Virus record (IMG/VR): IMGVR_UViG_3300005611_000121
Span: 1 to 33,203 of that record
DNA: 33,203 nt
Reading direction: 5' to 3' (one strand)
Origin: a virus
Taxonomy: Duplodnaviria; Caudoviricetes
Positions 25,470 through 33,203 of this stretch are shown piece after piece. The position numbers and the translations under genes are program-made. The notes below the pieces were generated by a model. It was given only the letters and a program-made list of their open reading frames with translations, was not told the origin of the DNA and searched no databases. How positions within the stretch are numbered: position 1 is the first letter of the stretch; every line of letters starts with the position of its first letter.

Positions 25470-27214
25470 GCGATAGAGTAGCAGAAATACAAAAGTTTAC
25501 TGGGCCAGATCAAGGCTCAGCTTGGGTGACTAACTTCTGGTCTACCCACAACGATGCAAGAGCTGAGAAGTTAGCCGAGTGGTCAGAACTACGTGACTAC
25601 ATCTTTGCAACAGATACAAGCACAACTTCAAACGATGCACTGCCTTGGAAGAACTCTACGACAATTCCTAAGCTGTGTCAGATTCGGGACAACCTCTATA
25701 GTAACTATAAGAGTGCTCTGTTCCCAAATGACAACTGGATGGCTTGGCAGGGCTTCACACAAGTAGCTGCACAGAAGAGTATAGCTAGGACTGTCAAGAC
25801 CTACATGGACAATAAGGTCTCTCACAGGGACTTTGAGCAGACGTTCTCTAAGCTCCTCTATGACTTCATTGACTATGGCAATGCCTTTGCCACTACGTAC
25901 TTTGAAGCGCGCTATAAAGAGATGGACAGCGGTGCTGTAGTACCAGACTACGTAGGGCCTAGAGTGTCCCGTATTAGTCCTCTGGACATAGTGTTCAACC
26001 CACTGGCAGATTCTTTTGACAGAAGCCCTAAGTGTGTAAGAAGTGTAAAGACTCTTGGCGAGCTTAAGAAGCTAGCTGCAACAGATCCAGACCAAGCCTT
26101 CTGGCAAGAGGCTGTAGACCGCAGAGAGCTTATTCGTAACGTAAGCGGTGGGTACAGTAAGGAAGACTTTGAAAAGGCTGTAGGCTACCAAGCAGACGGC
26201 TTTGGCAACATGTATGACTATTACATGGGAGAGTACGTAGAGATACTTGAGTTCTTTGGTGACTATCACAATGCCAACACTGGTGATCTAATGACTGACA
26301 GGATTGTCACAATCGTTGATAGATCCTATGAGATACGTAATGAAGCCTTACCACATTGGTTCTCAGGTGATAATATCCGTCATGTTGGTTGGAGATTACG
26401 TCCAGATAACTTGTGGGCCATGGGGCCTTTAGACAACCTAGTTGGTATGCAATATAGACTAGACCACCTAGAGAACCTTAAGGCTGACGCTATGGACTTA
26501 GCGATACACCCACCACTCAAAGTAATTGGAGAGGTAGAGGAGTTCGTTTGGGGGCCAGGTGTTGAGATAGCTATTGATGAGAATGGTGACGTACAGGAGC
26601 TTGGCAAGAACCTTAGTGGCGTTATGGCAGCAGCTAGTGAGATGGCTGGCATAGAAGACCGTATGGAGCTGTATGCGGGTGCTCCGAGAGAAGCTGCTGG
26701 GATACGTACTCCTGGTGAGAAGACGCTTGGAGAGGTGATGCAGTTAGCTACAGCGGCTGGTCGTATCTTCCAAGAGAAGGTTGTGAGCTTTGAGAAGAAC
26801 CTCCTAGAGCCTATACTCAATGATATGCTAGAGACAGGTAGACGTAACCTCTCAGGTTCCGAAGTTATCTCACTGGTCGATGAGGATCTTGGCATTCAAG
26901 AGTTCTTAACCATTACGGCTAAGGACATTACTGCCAATGGCATCATCCGTCCAGTTGGGGCTAGACACTTTGCTAAGCAGTCACAAGACCTACAGAACCT
27001 ACTCACAGTCTTCAACTCACCGTTAGGTGGACTGATAACACCGCACACCTCTGGCAAGAACATGGCTAAGTTTGTAGATGACATAACAGGTCTTGGTGGT
27101 TACAGTATCTTCAGTCCTAACGCTGGTGTGTTTGAGCAGAGTGAGCTACAGTCTACACAAGCACGCGTGCAAGAAGAAGCAGTAGCTACTGACACAGCAC
27201 CTACGGTGATTTAA
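25466..27214 (+). CDS. Portal protein
   Basis: 582 aa directly after terL; DFIDYGNAF, RISPLDIVFNP and RTPGEKT segments. Confidence 0.85.
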   Translation: MSDRVAEIQKFTGPDQGSAWVTNFWSTHNDARAEKLAEWSELRDYIFATDTSTTSNDALPWKNSTTIPKLCQIRDNLYSNYKSALFPNDNWMAWQGFTQVAAQKSIARTVKTYMDNKVSHRDFEQTFSKLLYDFIDYGNAFATTYFEARYKEMDSGAVVPDYVGPRVSRISPLDIVFNPLADSFDRSPKCVRSVKTLGELKKLAATDPDQAFWQEAVDRRELIRNVSGGYSKEDFEKAVGYQADGFGNMYDYYMGEYVEILEFFGDYHNANTGDLMTDRIVTIVDRSYEIRNEALPHWFSGDNIRHVGWRLRPDNLWAMGPLDNLVGMQYRLDHLENLKADAMDLAIHPPLKVIGEVEEFVWGPGVEIAIDENGDVQELGKNLSGVMAAASEMAGIEDRMELYAGAPREAAGIRTPGEKTLGEVMQLATAAGRIFQEKVVSFEKNLLEPILNDMLETGRRNLSGSEVISLVDEDLGIQEFLTITAKDITANGIIRPVGARHFAKQSQDLQNLLTVFNSPLGGLITPHTSGKNMAKFVDDITGLGGYSIFSPNAGVFEQSELQSTQARVQEEAVATDTAPTVI

Positions 27215-27450
27215 TGAAAAAGACTTGGACTCAGCATACGCAGAACCAGCAGTTGGTTGAGGATATAAGGCAGTCGTTCTTGTCCTCAACTGTTATGCGG
27301 GACAGGTTGAAAGAGATTTGTGAGGACGAGATAAAGTCCTCCTTCTCTCTATCTAAGTCTCAGTATGATTGTCCCAACTGGCAGATGTTACAGGCAGACG
27401 CTGTTGGATATAAGAGAGCTATGGAGAAAATAATCTCTCTTTTAAGTTGA
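27214..27450 (+). CDS. Small hypothetical protein
   Basis: 78 aa coupled to the portal gene (TAATG). Confidence 0.7.
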   Translation: MKKTWTQHTQNQQLVEDIRQSFLSSTVMRDRLKEICEDEIKSSFSLSKSQYDCPNWQMLQADAVGYKRAMEKIISLLS

Positions 27451-27485
27451 CAAATCACGATTTTTCTAGTATATATAAGTATATA
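27446..27485 (+). promoter_or_regulatory. Promoter for the scaffold/capsid genes
   Basis: TTGACA-N17-TATATA about 50 nt upstream of the scaffold ATG; twin of 18571..18610. Confidence 0.7.
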
Positions 27486-27537
27486 AGAAATATAATTAAT
27501 ATTATTAATAATCTAAACTTAAGAGATACCTACCAGT

Positions 27538-28251
27538 ATGTCAGCATTTGAAAGTAATCCTCAGGAAACCCCTGAACCACAAGCAGTTTCTACTGATGCC
27601 TTTGTTAACCAACTTAAGGAAATTAGAAATGAAACTGGAGAGCAGAAGTACGATTCAGTTGATAAAGCACTTGAAGCGTTAAAGCATTCCCAATCATATA
27701 TTCCAGAGCTAAAGTCTACACTTTCAGTGAAAGACCAAGAGATCGAGAAGTTGAAGGAAGAGCTTGCTAAACGAAGTGCAATAGAAGATGTCGTAGAAAA
27801 GCTCACTGCGGAAAAAGGCCAGCAAGAGAGTACCCCTCAAGCGCAAGGACTTAGTAAGCAGGATGTAGAAGAACTTCTACTAAGCAAACAACTAGAAAAG
27901 TCTAAAGAAGAGAATGAGAAAGCAGTTAGCGAATCTCTCTTCAGCACCTACGGTGATAAGACTCAGGAAGTAGTAGCACAGAAAGCTGCTGAGATTGGTA
28001 TGAGCGTAGAGGAACTACAGGACTTAGCCCGTAGATCACCTCAAGCGGCAATGACGTTATTCAACGTTAAGCCTAACAGCTCCCCAAAATACTCAAGTGG
28101 CAGTATCAACATACCACCAAATACCAAGGTGGATGAGCCGCTAGCTCCCCCAAAGAAGTCTTTACTTTATGGTGCAAGCACAAAAGATCAAGTAGAGTAC
28201 CTCCGTAAGATACGAGAGAATACTCATAAAAAGCATAATATTCAAGTTTGA
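27538..28251 (+). CDS. Capsid scaffolding protein
   Basis: Acidic coiled-coil protein between portal and capsid genes, with a basic C-terminal helix. Confidence 0.75.
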   Translation: MSAFESNPQETPEPQAVSTDAFVNQLKEIRNETGEQKYDSVDKALEALKHSQSYIPELKSTLSVKDQEIEKLKEELAKRSAIEDVVEKLTAEKGQQESTPQAQGLSKQDVEELLLSKQLEKSKEENEKAVSESLFSTYGDKTQEVVAQKAAEIGMSVEELQDLARRSPQAAMTLFNVKPNSSPKYSSGSINIPPNTKVDEPLAPPKKSLLYGASTKDQVEYLRKIRENTHKKHNIQV

Positions 28252-28262
28252 GGAAACTATAA

Positions 28263-29213
28263 ATGCAACTCACTTCTAACACTCAAGCGTTCATTGATGC
28301 TGAGGTATATTCAGATTTTATCCTGATGAACCTGCACGATGGATTGCTAGACGAACAATTTTACCGCAACGTAGCTGACTTCGGTTCGGGTACTACTTTA
28401 AACATCAAGACCGTTGGTTCTGTAACAATTCAAGAAGCTACTGAAAATGAAGCTCTTACTTACAACCCAATTGAGTCTGGCACTGTTACTTTACAGATCA
28501 CTGACTATGATGGTGACGCTTGGTTTATAACTGACGACCTTCGTGAAGACGGTGAGCAAGTAGACGCTCTTATGGCAGCTCGCTCTGCTGAGTCTACTCG
28601 TGCCCTACAAGAGAAGTTTGAAACACGCTTCTTGTCTGTAGCTAACGCTGGTCAGACTAACGCTGATCCAAACACGATTAACGGATTCCCACACCGCATC
28701 TCGTCTGCTGTAGCTACCTCTGGTAGTGAAAACACGTTCTTGACAGATCACCTAGTCTCTATGCGTCTAGCATTCGACAAGGCTAACGTACCTACTAATG
28801 GTCGTGTGTTCATTGCAGATCCAGTTGTTGAGGCTACTCTCAACAAGCTAGTGGCAATTACTTCTGACGTAACCCCTTTCGCTGAGTCAATCTTGCGTTC
28901 TGGTATGTCTTCTGGTATGCGTTTTGTCGGTCAGCTATACGGCTTTGACATTATCTTGTCTAACCGTCTACCTACTGGTAACTTCTCTGACGGCACTACT
29001 GCTGTTACAGGCGCTGTTGCTAACATCGCTATGTGTGTACTTGATGACCAATGTAAGCCAGTTATGGGTGCTTGGAGACGTCAACCACGAGTTGAGGGTG
29101 AGCGCAATAAGGATCTACGTCGAGACGAGTTCGTTGTAACTGCTCGCTATGGTCTTGGTGTTCAACGTGTAGACACCCTTGGTGTTATCATCACTTCAGC
29201 ATCTAAGTACTAG
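28263..29213 (+). CDS. Major capsid protein
   Basis: 316 aa after the scaffold gene; GAGG RBS; FDKANVPTNGRVF and GQLYGFDI...SNRLP segments typical of HK97-fold podovirus capsids. Confidence 0.88.
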   Translation: MQLTSNTQAFIDAEVYSDFILMNLHDGLLDEQFYRNVADFGSGTTLNIKTVGSVTIQEATENEALTYNPIESGTVTLQITDYDGDAWFITDDLREDGEQVDALMAARSAESTRALQEKFETRFLSVANAGQTNADPNTINGFPHRISSAVATSGSENTFLTDHLVSMRLAFDKANVPTNGRVFIADPVVEATLNKLVAITSDVTPFAESILRSGMSSGMRFVGQLYGFDIILSNRLPTGNFSDGTTAVTGAVANIAMCVLDDQCKPVMGAWRRQPRVEGERNKDLRRDEFVVTARYGLGVQRVDTLGVIITSASKY

Positions 29214-29223
29214 GAGAATAAAG

Positions 29224-29700
29224 ATGGGTTATGAAAGCAATACAGGCCTTGGTGTAAACAACCACTATGGCGAACGTGGTACTCAAGATGGTGTAGTTGG
29301 TGGCGGTGATTTGCCAGGTAACGGCTCTATCAAAGAAGCTACCATTTACATTAAAGGTGAAGACTTCGGTGCAGGCATTACTTTTGATACTCAGTACAGC
29401 ATCCCTGCTGGCGCTAAGTTCTTAGAAGCATACGCTGAAGTTACAGAAGCCTTTGTTCTTGGTGGGACTACTCCAACTATTAATGTTGGTACTAACGGTT
29501 CAGAAGGAACTAACTACGGCTTAGAGTTATCAGAAGCTCAAGGCGAGGCTATCGGTGAAGTGTACAATGGTACAGGCGCTGGTACTTGGTCTGCTCCTCT
29601 AGCTGCTGCAACTACTGTTGGTGTTGCCCTAGATGGCACAAATCCTACAGTTACTTCTGCTGGTAAGGCTAAAGTTGTTATCCGCTATATCAAGATCTGA
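29224..29700 (+). CDS. Probable capsid decoration/minor virion protein
   Basis: AGGAG RBS and ATG 29224; Gly/Thr-rich beta protein co-transcribed with the capsid gene before a terminator. Confidence 0.6.
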   Translation: MGYESNTGLGVNNHYGERGTQDGVVGGGDLPGNGSIKEATIYIKGEDFGAGITFDTQYSIPAGAKFLEAYAEVTEAFVLGGTTPTINVGTNGSEGTNYGLELSEAQGEAIGEVYNGTGAGTWSAPLAAATTVGVALDGTNPTVTSAGKAKVVIRYIKI

Positions 29701-29711
29701 TAATAGCTTAT

Positions 29712-29743
29712 AGGGGAGGGGGTCTATACCTTCTCCCCTTTTT
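29712..29743 (+). terminator. Rho-independent terminator after the capsid genes
   Basis: AGGGGAGGGGGT-CTAT-ACCTTCTCCCCT (12-bp stem, two G:U pairs) followed by a T run. Confidence 0.85.
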
Positions 29744-29759
29744 ATTTGGAGAAAGATAA

Positions 29760-30443
29760 ATGGCAGATTTGCAACACAAGGACTTGCCCAATAGTCAGTT
29801 ACATGAACCAAAGGGTGTGTCTGCTGCTAATGCTGGAGAGATCTACACAGCAAATGGGGCAGGCTCTGGTGCGTGGGACTCCTTAGATGGGGCAAGTACT
29901 GGCGTAGCACCAGCAGGTGCTCTCCTAATCGCTGATGGTGCCACTGGCGCTGACTTCCTACGATATCAAGGCTGGTCTCAGTATGAGGACAGCAGAACTA
30001 CGGTGGGTACACCAACACAGACTATCACCAACAGTGTAAGAACTAAGATAATAAATGATGGTGGCACACTTACACTAGAGAAAGCTCCGTCAGATGCCAC
30101 AGTTCCCCTCTGGAATGTAAGCACAAACAAGCACATGCCTGTTGCAGCTTTTGACTTGTACCACCTGAGACTCTCTTTTACTATTGAGGATTACAGTGGC
30201 ACTGACCCATATATAGACGTAGAGCTAGATATTGGGGGCAGTGTGGGAACGATATTTGCTAGAGATATCACACTACGTAAGGGCGGTGCAGCACAGAAGG
30301 TCAGTTTGGCTTTTCCCGTGTTTAGTGGGACTACTTATTTGGCCAATGGTGGTGAGTTCTACATTACCTACACAGGCAACACAACTTGCAAAGTATACAA
30401 GACTAGCATCTTGATTATCCGTGAATCTAAAAACTACGTCTAG
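29760..30443 (+). CDS. Virion structural protein
   Basis: GGAG RBS; N-terminus QLHEPKGV...ANGAGSG; located in the structural module. Confidence 0.65.
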   Translation: MADLQHKDLPNSQLHEPKGVSAANAGEIYTANGAGSGAWDSLDGASTGVAPAGALLIADGATGADFLRYQGWSQYEDSRTTVGTPTQTITNSVRTKIINDGGTLTLEKAPSDATVPLWNVSTNKHMPVAAFDLYHLRLSFTIEDYSGTDPYIDVELDIGGSVGTIFARDITLRKGGAAQKVSLAFPVFSGTTYLANGGEFYITYTGNTTCKVYKTSILIIRESKNYV

Positions 30444-30451
30444 GGGGTAGC

Positions 30452-31225
30452 ATGAAGGCAACATTACTAGACATAGTTCAGGAGATTTTATCCGACCTTG
30501 ACTCTGATGAGGTTAACTCTATTGATGATACAGTAGAGTCTGAGCAAGTAGCTACGATAGTTAAATCTACCTATCAAGCTATGATCAGCTCAAGGTTCTG
30601 GCCACACACAAGACGGTCTATACAGATTACGTCTTATAGTGACTCCAACTTACCAACACACATGCGTATCCAAGATGAGATACAAAAGCTCTGCTTCATT
30701 AACTACAACAAAGTTAAGCTTGGTGAGACTAAGAAAGATTACAAAGAGATCACCTATCTAGAGCCAGACCAGTTTGTATTTAAGACAAACAAAGAGGATA
30801 GCACCTCAACAGATGTTATTGTGGTTAACGATCCAGGTGGCGTAGAGCTACTAATAAGAAACGACAAGGCTCCTACCTACTACACATCTTTTAATGATGA
30901 GACTATTATATTTGACTCTTATGATAGTTCAGTAGACTCCACACTACGTGCGAGTAAGGTGCAGGCACAAGCATACGTATTCCCAGCTTGGTCTACAACA
31001 GACTCTTTTATTCCAGACCTACCTGATTACGCATTTACAGCGTTAATTGAGGAAGCCAAGTCAAGGGCAGCTTTAAAGCTTAAGCAGGTTGTTGATCAGA
31101 AGGCAGAGCAAGAGTCTGCTAGACAGAATAGGTGGATAGCTCGTAAGTCTCGTAGAGTTAATGGTGGTGTCCAGTACCCTTCTTATGGGCGTGGTAAAGT
31201 AAGTATTCCGAGGGATTGTAAGTGA
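30452..31225 (+). CDS. Tail tubular protein A/head-tail adaptor (T7 gp11-like)
   Basis: N-terminal TLLDIVQEILSDLDSDEVNSI helix; size and position fit. Confidence 0.7.
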   Translation: MKATLLDIVQEILSDLDSDEVNSIDDTVESEQVATIVKSTYQAMISSRFWPHTRRSIQITSYSDSNLPTHMRIQDEIQKLCFINYNKVKLGETKKDYKEITYLEPDQFVFKTNKEDSTSTDVIVVNDPGGVELLIRNDKAPTYYTSFNDETIIFDSYDSSVDSTLRASKVQAQAYVFPAWSTTDSFIPDLPDYAFTALIEEAKSRAALKLKQVVDQKAEQESARQNRWIARKSRRVNGGVQYPSYGRGKVSIPRDCK

Positions 31226-31431
31226 TTGAGTATGAAGGTTTTAAAATAGTTGTTGACGAGAATTGGGGCACAATGTTTCGTGTTAAACCCGCAGGCAAGG
31301 GTGGCTCTATCCCAACAGTGTTGGCTGGACTATATAGCACAACAGATCTTGCCCAGAAGGGCATAGACACATATAGGTCTACACACAAAGAAAAGGTAAA
31401 GTCTAATGCCACAAAGCTATCAGTCGGGTGA
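31222..31431 (+). CDS. Small hypothetical protein
   Basis: 69 aa overlapping both neighbours. Confidence 0.6.
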   Translation: MIEYEGFKIVVDENWGTMFRVKPAGKGGSIPTVLAGLYSTTDLAQKGIDTYRSTHKEKVKSNATKLSVG

Positions 31432-33203
31432 ATTTAATTCGTTTGTAGGTGGCCTCATTACGGAGGCTTCGCCTCTCTCGTTCCCAGAAAACGCCTCAAT
31501 AAATGAGGTTAACTTTGTACTAAATCATACAGGTACAAGGCGTAGACGGTTTGGAATGGACAAGGAAGACGGGGTGGGTTGGAAATTCCCCTCTCTTACA
31601 TCTTCCTATGACAACGTAACAGACTCTACAGTGTCTGCATTTGAGTGGAAGAACCCAGGAAATATCGCTGGTAAGACCTTCATAGCCTTACAGGTTGGTG
31701 GTCAAGTACACATATTGGACAGGTCAGACTCTTCACTTGTCAGTGCAGCTTATACCAAGCAGACCTTCCAGATAGCTATTAGTGGTGAAGAACAATACGT
31801 TGGTAGAGCTTCCTTTGCTAGTGTTGATGGCAACCTTATTATTTGTTCAGGCACACCAACCATAGGTGTCATAGCTTATAATGGAACCACACTAACTAAG
31901 TCACAACTACGCATTCGTGTAAGAGACTTGTTCGGTGTCAGGGGCTTAATTGGAGATCCTAACTCAGGAGATCCTAAGTATCAGGTTGTAGATACAACGG
32001 ATGCTGATAACGTAAACCTAAGACCGCCTTGGAATATCATTAACTCTTACCCACACTTTTACAATCTACGTAATCAGGGTTGGACAGAGCCAAGGGCTCG
32101 GTGGGGACAAGATGATGGGGCGACAGTTGTTAATCCAGAGGCTTGGACATACACTCAGGCAGATCCTATATCTGACTTTATAAAACCAGCCGCTGGCGAT
32201 ACAAGTAAGAATATACCATCGAACTCTGACATAGTTACTACGCACCTATATGCTAGGACTTTGCTTGACTCAATACCTGGAAGAGATGGCACTATAGAGC
32301 GGTTCCACGCTCATGATGCTATTGCCTCAAAAGCTGGTAACACACCAGCACCAAAGGGATACTTTGTAATTGACCTGCTTGATCGTGGTACAAGTAGAGA
32401 GCAAGCTTACTCTTCAGCTATTGAGAACCTGAAGTATGCACACGGCCCAGCCCTTCCACCACTAATATATATTAACCCAGTTGTATCTCTTGCACAAGAC
32501 TTGACTACAGGTGGTGCTACAGTTGCTGGCGAGTTCGCAGGGAGAGTTTGGTACGGTGGCTTCAATGGCACAGTAACTGGTGGGGATTCAAAGTCTCCGT
32601 CATTAAACTCTTATGTGTGCTACTCACAATTAGTTAGAGAGTTTGACCAGATAGGTGAGTGTTACCAAAGTGGAGATCCAACTAGTGCAGACTCACCAGA
32701 CAGGTTAGACACTGACGGTGGCTTTATCAGGTTGTCTGGTTGTAACAACATACAAGCTATGGTTAACGTAGGTTCCTCACTAATGGTGGTGGCTGAAAAC
32801 GGTGTCTGGTCTATCAGCGGTACAGATGGTGGTACTTTCAACGCCAACAACCAGTCTGTATCTAAAGTCACTGAGCATGGAACTGTTAGCCCTCAGTCAG
32901 TAGTCTTGGTAGACGGTACTATCATGTACTGGTCAGACGATGCCATATATCAGATTGCTCCAAACCAACTTGGTGAGTGGGCAGCACAAGAAGTTAGCGT
33001 AAATATCCGCTCGTTGTATCAAGCAATAGGTTACTCTCAGAAGTTAAACTGCCGTGGCATATATGACTCATATGACCGTAAGGTTCGTTGGGTCTATGAT
33101 AATAGTTTCACTAGTGATGGCACAGTAACTGAGTTAGTCTTTGACTTAACACTCTCAGCAATGTACCCAGCAGAGATAGCAGCCAACCCTCTTGGCACAC
33201 AGT
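31406..33203 (+). CDS. Tail tubular protein B/nozzle (T7 gp12-like), 3'-truncated
   Basis: ATG 31406 gives MPQSYQSGEFNSFVGGLITEASPLSFPENAS...NF...GTRRRRFG. The frame runs to the window end, so it is missing from the ORF track. Confidence 0.75.
   Translation, partial: MPQSYQSGEFNSFVGGLITEASPLSFPENASINEVNFVLNHTGTRRRRFGMDKEDGVGWKFPSLTSSYDNVTDSTVSAFEWKNPGNIAGKTFIALQVGGQVHILDRSDSSLVSAAYTKQTFQIAISGEEQYVGRASFASVDGNLIICSGTPTIGVIAYNGTTLTKSQLRIRVRDLFGVRGLIGDPNSGDPKYQVVDTTDADNVNLRPPWNIINSYPHFYNLRNQGWTEPRARWGQDDGATVVNPEAWTYTQADPISDFIKPAAGDTSKNIPSNSDIVTTHLYARTLLDSIPGRDGTIERFHAHDAIASKAGNTPAPKGYFVIDLLDRGTSREQAYSSAIENLKYAHGPALPPLIYINPVVSLAQDLTTGGATVAGEFAGRVWYGGFNGTVTGGDSKSPSLNSYVCYSQLVREFDQIGECYQSGDPTSADSPDRLDTDGGFIRLSGCNNIQAMVNVGSSLMVVAENGVWSISGTDGGTFNANNQSVSKVTEHGTVSPQSVVLVDGTIMYWSDDAIYQIAPNQLGEWAAQEVSVNIRSLYQAIGYSQKLNCRGIYDSYDRKVRWVYDNSFTSDGTVTELVFDLTLSAMYPAEIAANPLGTQ

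Noticed and set aside
29179-29223. Possible capsid C-terminal extension by frameshift or readthrough into the next ORF
   Set aside because: The downstream gene is in a different frame, no slippery heptamer was seen, and it has its own AGGAG RBS and ATG at 29224.

Overview
This 33.2-kb window is part of a lytic, podovirus-type dsDNA phage genome with two oppositely transcribed arms. The long minus-strand arm (about 20.4 kb down to 974) starts at a cluster of near-consensus sigma70 promoters and runs through many small early genes. It continues with ThyX, primase-helicase, an ECF-like sigma factor, a family A DNA polymerase (Tyr at the 762-equivalent position), a probable SSB, a 5'-3' exonuclease and an HNH nuclease. 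It ends with a metallophosphoesterase, an intein-containing PhoH, a ClpP-like protease, a glutaredoxin and a class II (B12) ribonucleotide reductase. The plus-strand arm (from about 21.3 kb) encodes a collagen-like fibre, small and large terminase, portal, scaffold, major capsid, a probable decoration protein and tail tubular proteins A and B (B truncated by the window end). The last late genes reappear at the window start (1-952), so the assembly looks permuted, with the physical genome ends probably near 20.5-21.2 kb. The layout resembles SIO1/cobavirus- and LUZ24-type podoviruses without an RNA polymerase, which is an inference and not a database result. No RNA polymerase, integrase, tRNA or CRISPR array was seen. 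The most notable items are: a membrane-anchored, output-less PAS-domain protein as the last late gene; a LAGLIDADG-type intein in the PhoH Walker B motif; a dispersed ~65-bp intergenic element with phased AAAAC/GTTTT tracts; a 40-bp promoter duplicated in front of the capsid genes and antisense within the early region; and an array of mini-genes joined by near-identical 15-bp stop/RBS/start junctions.
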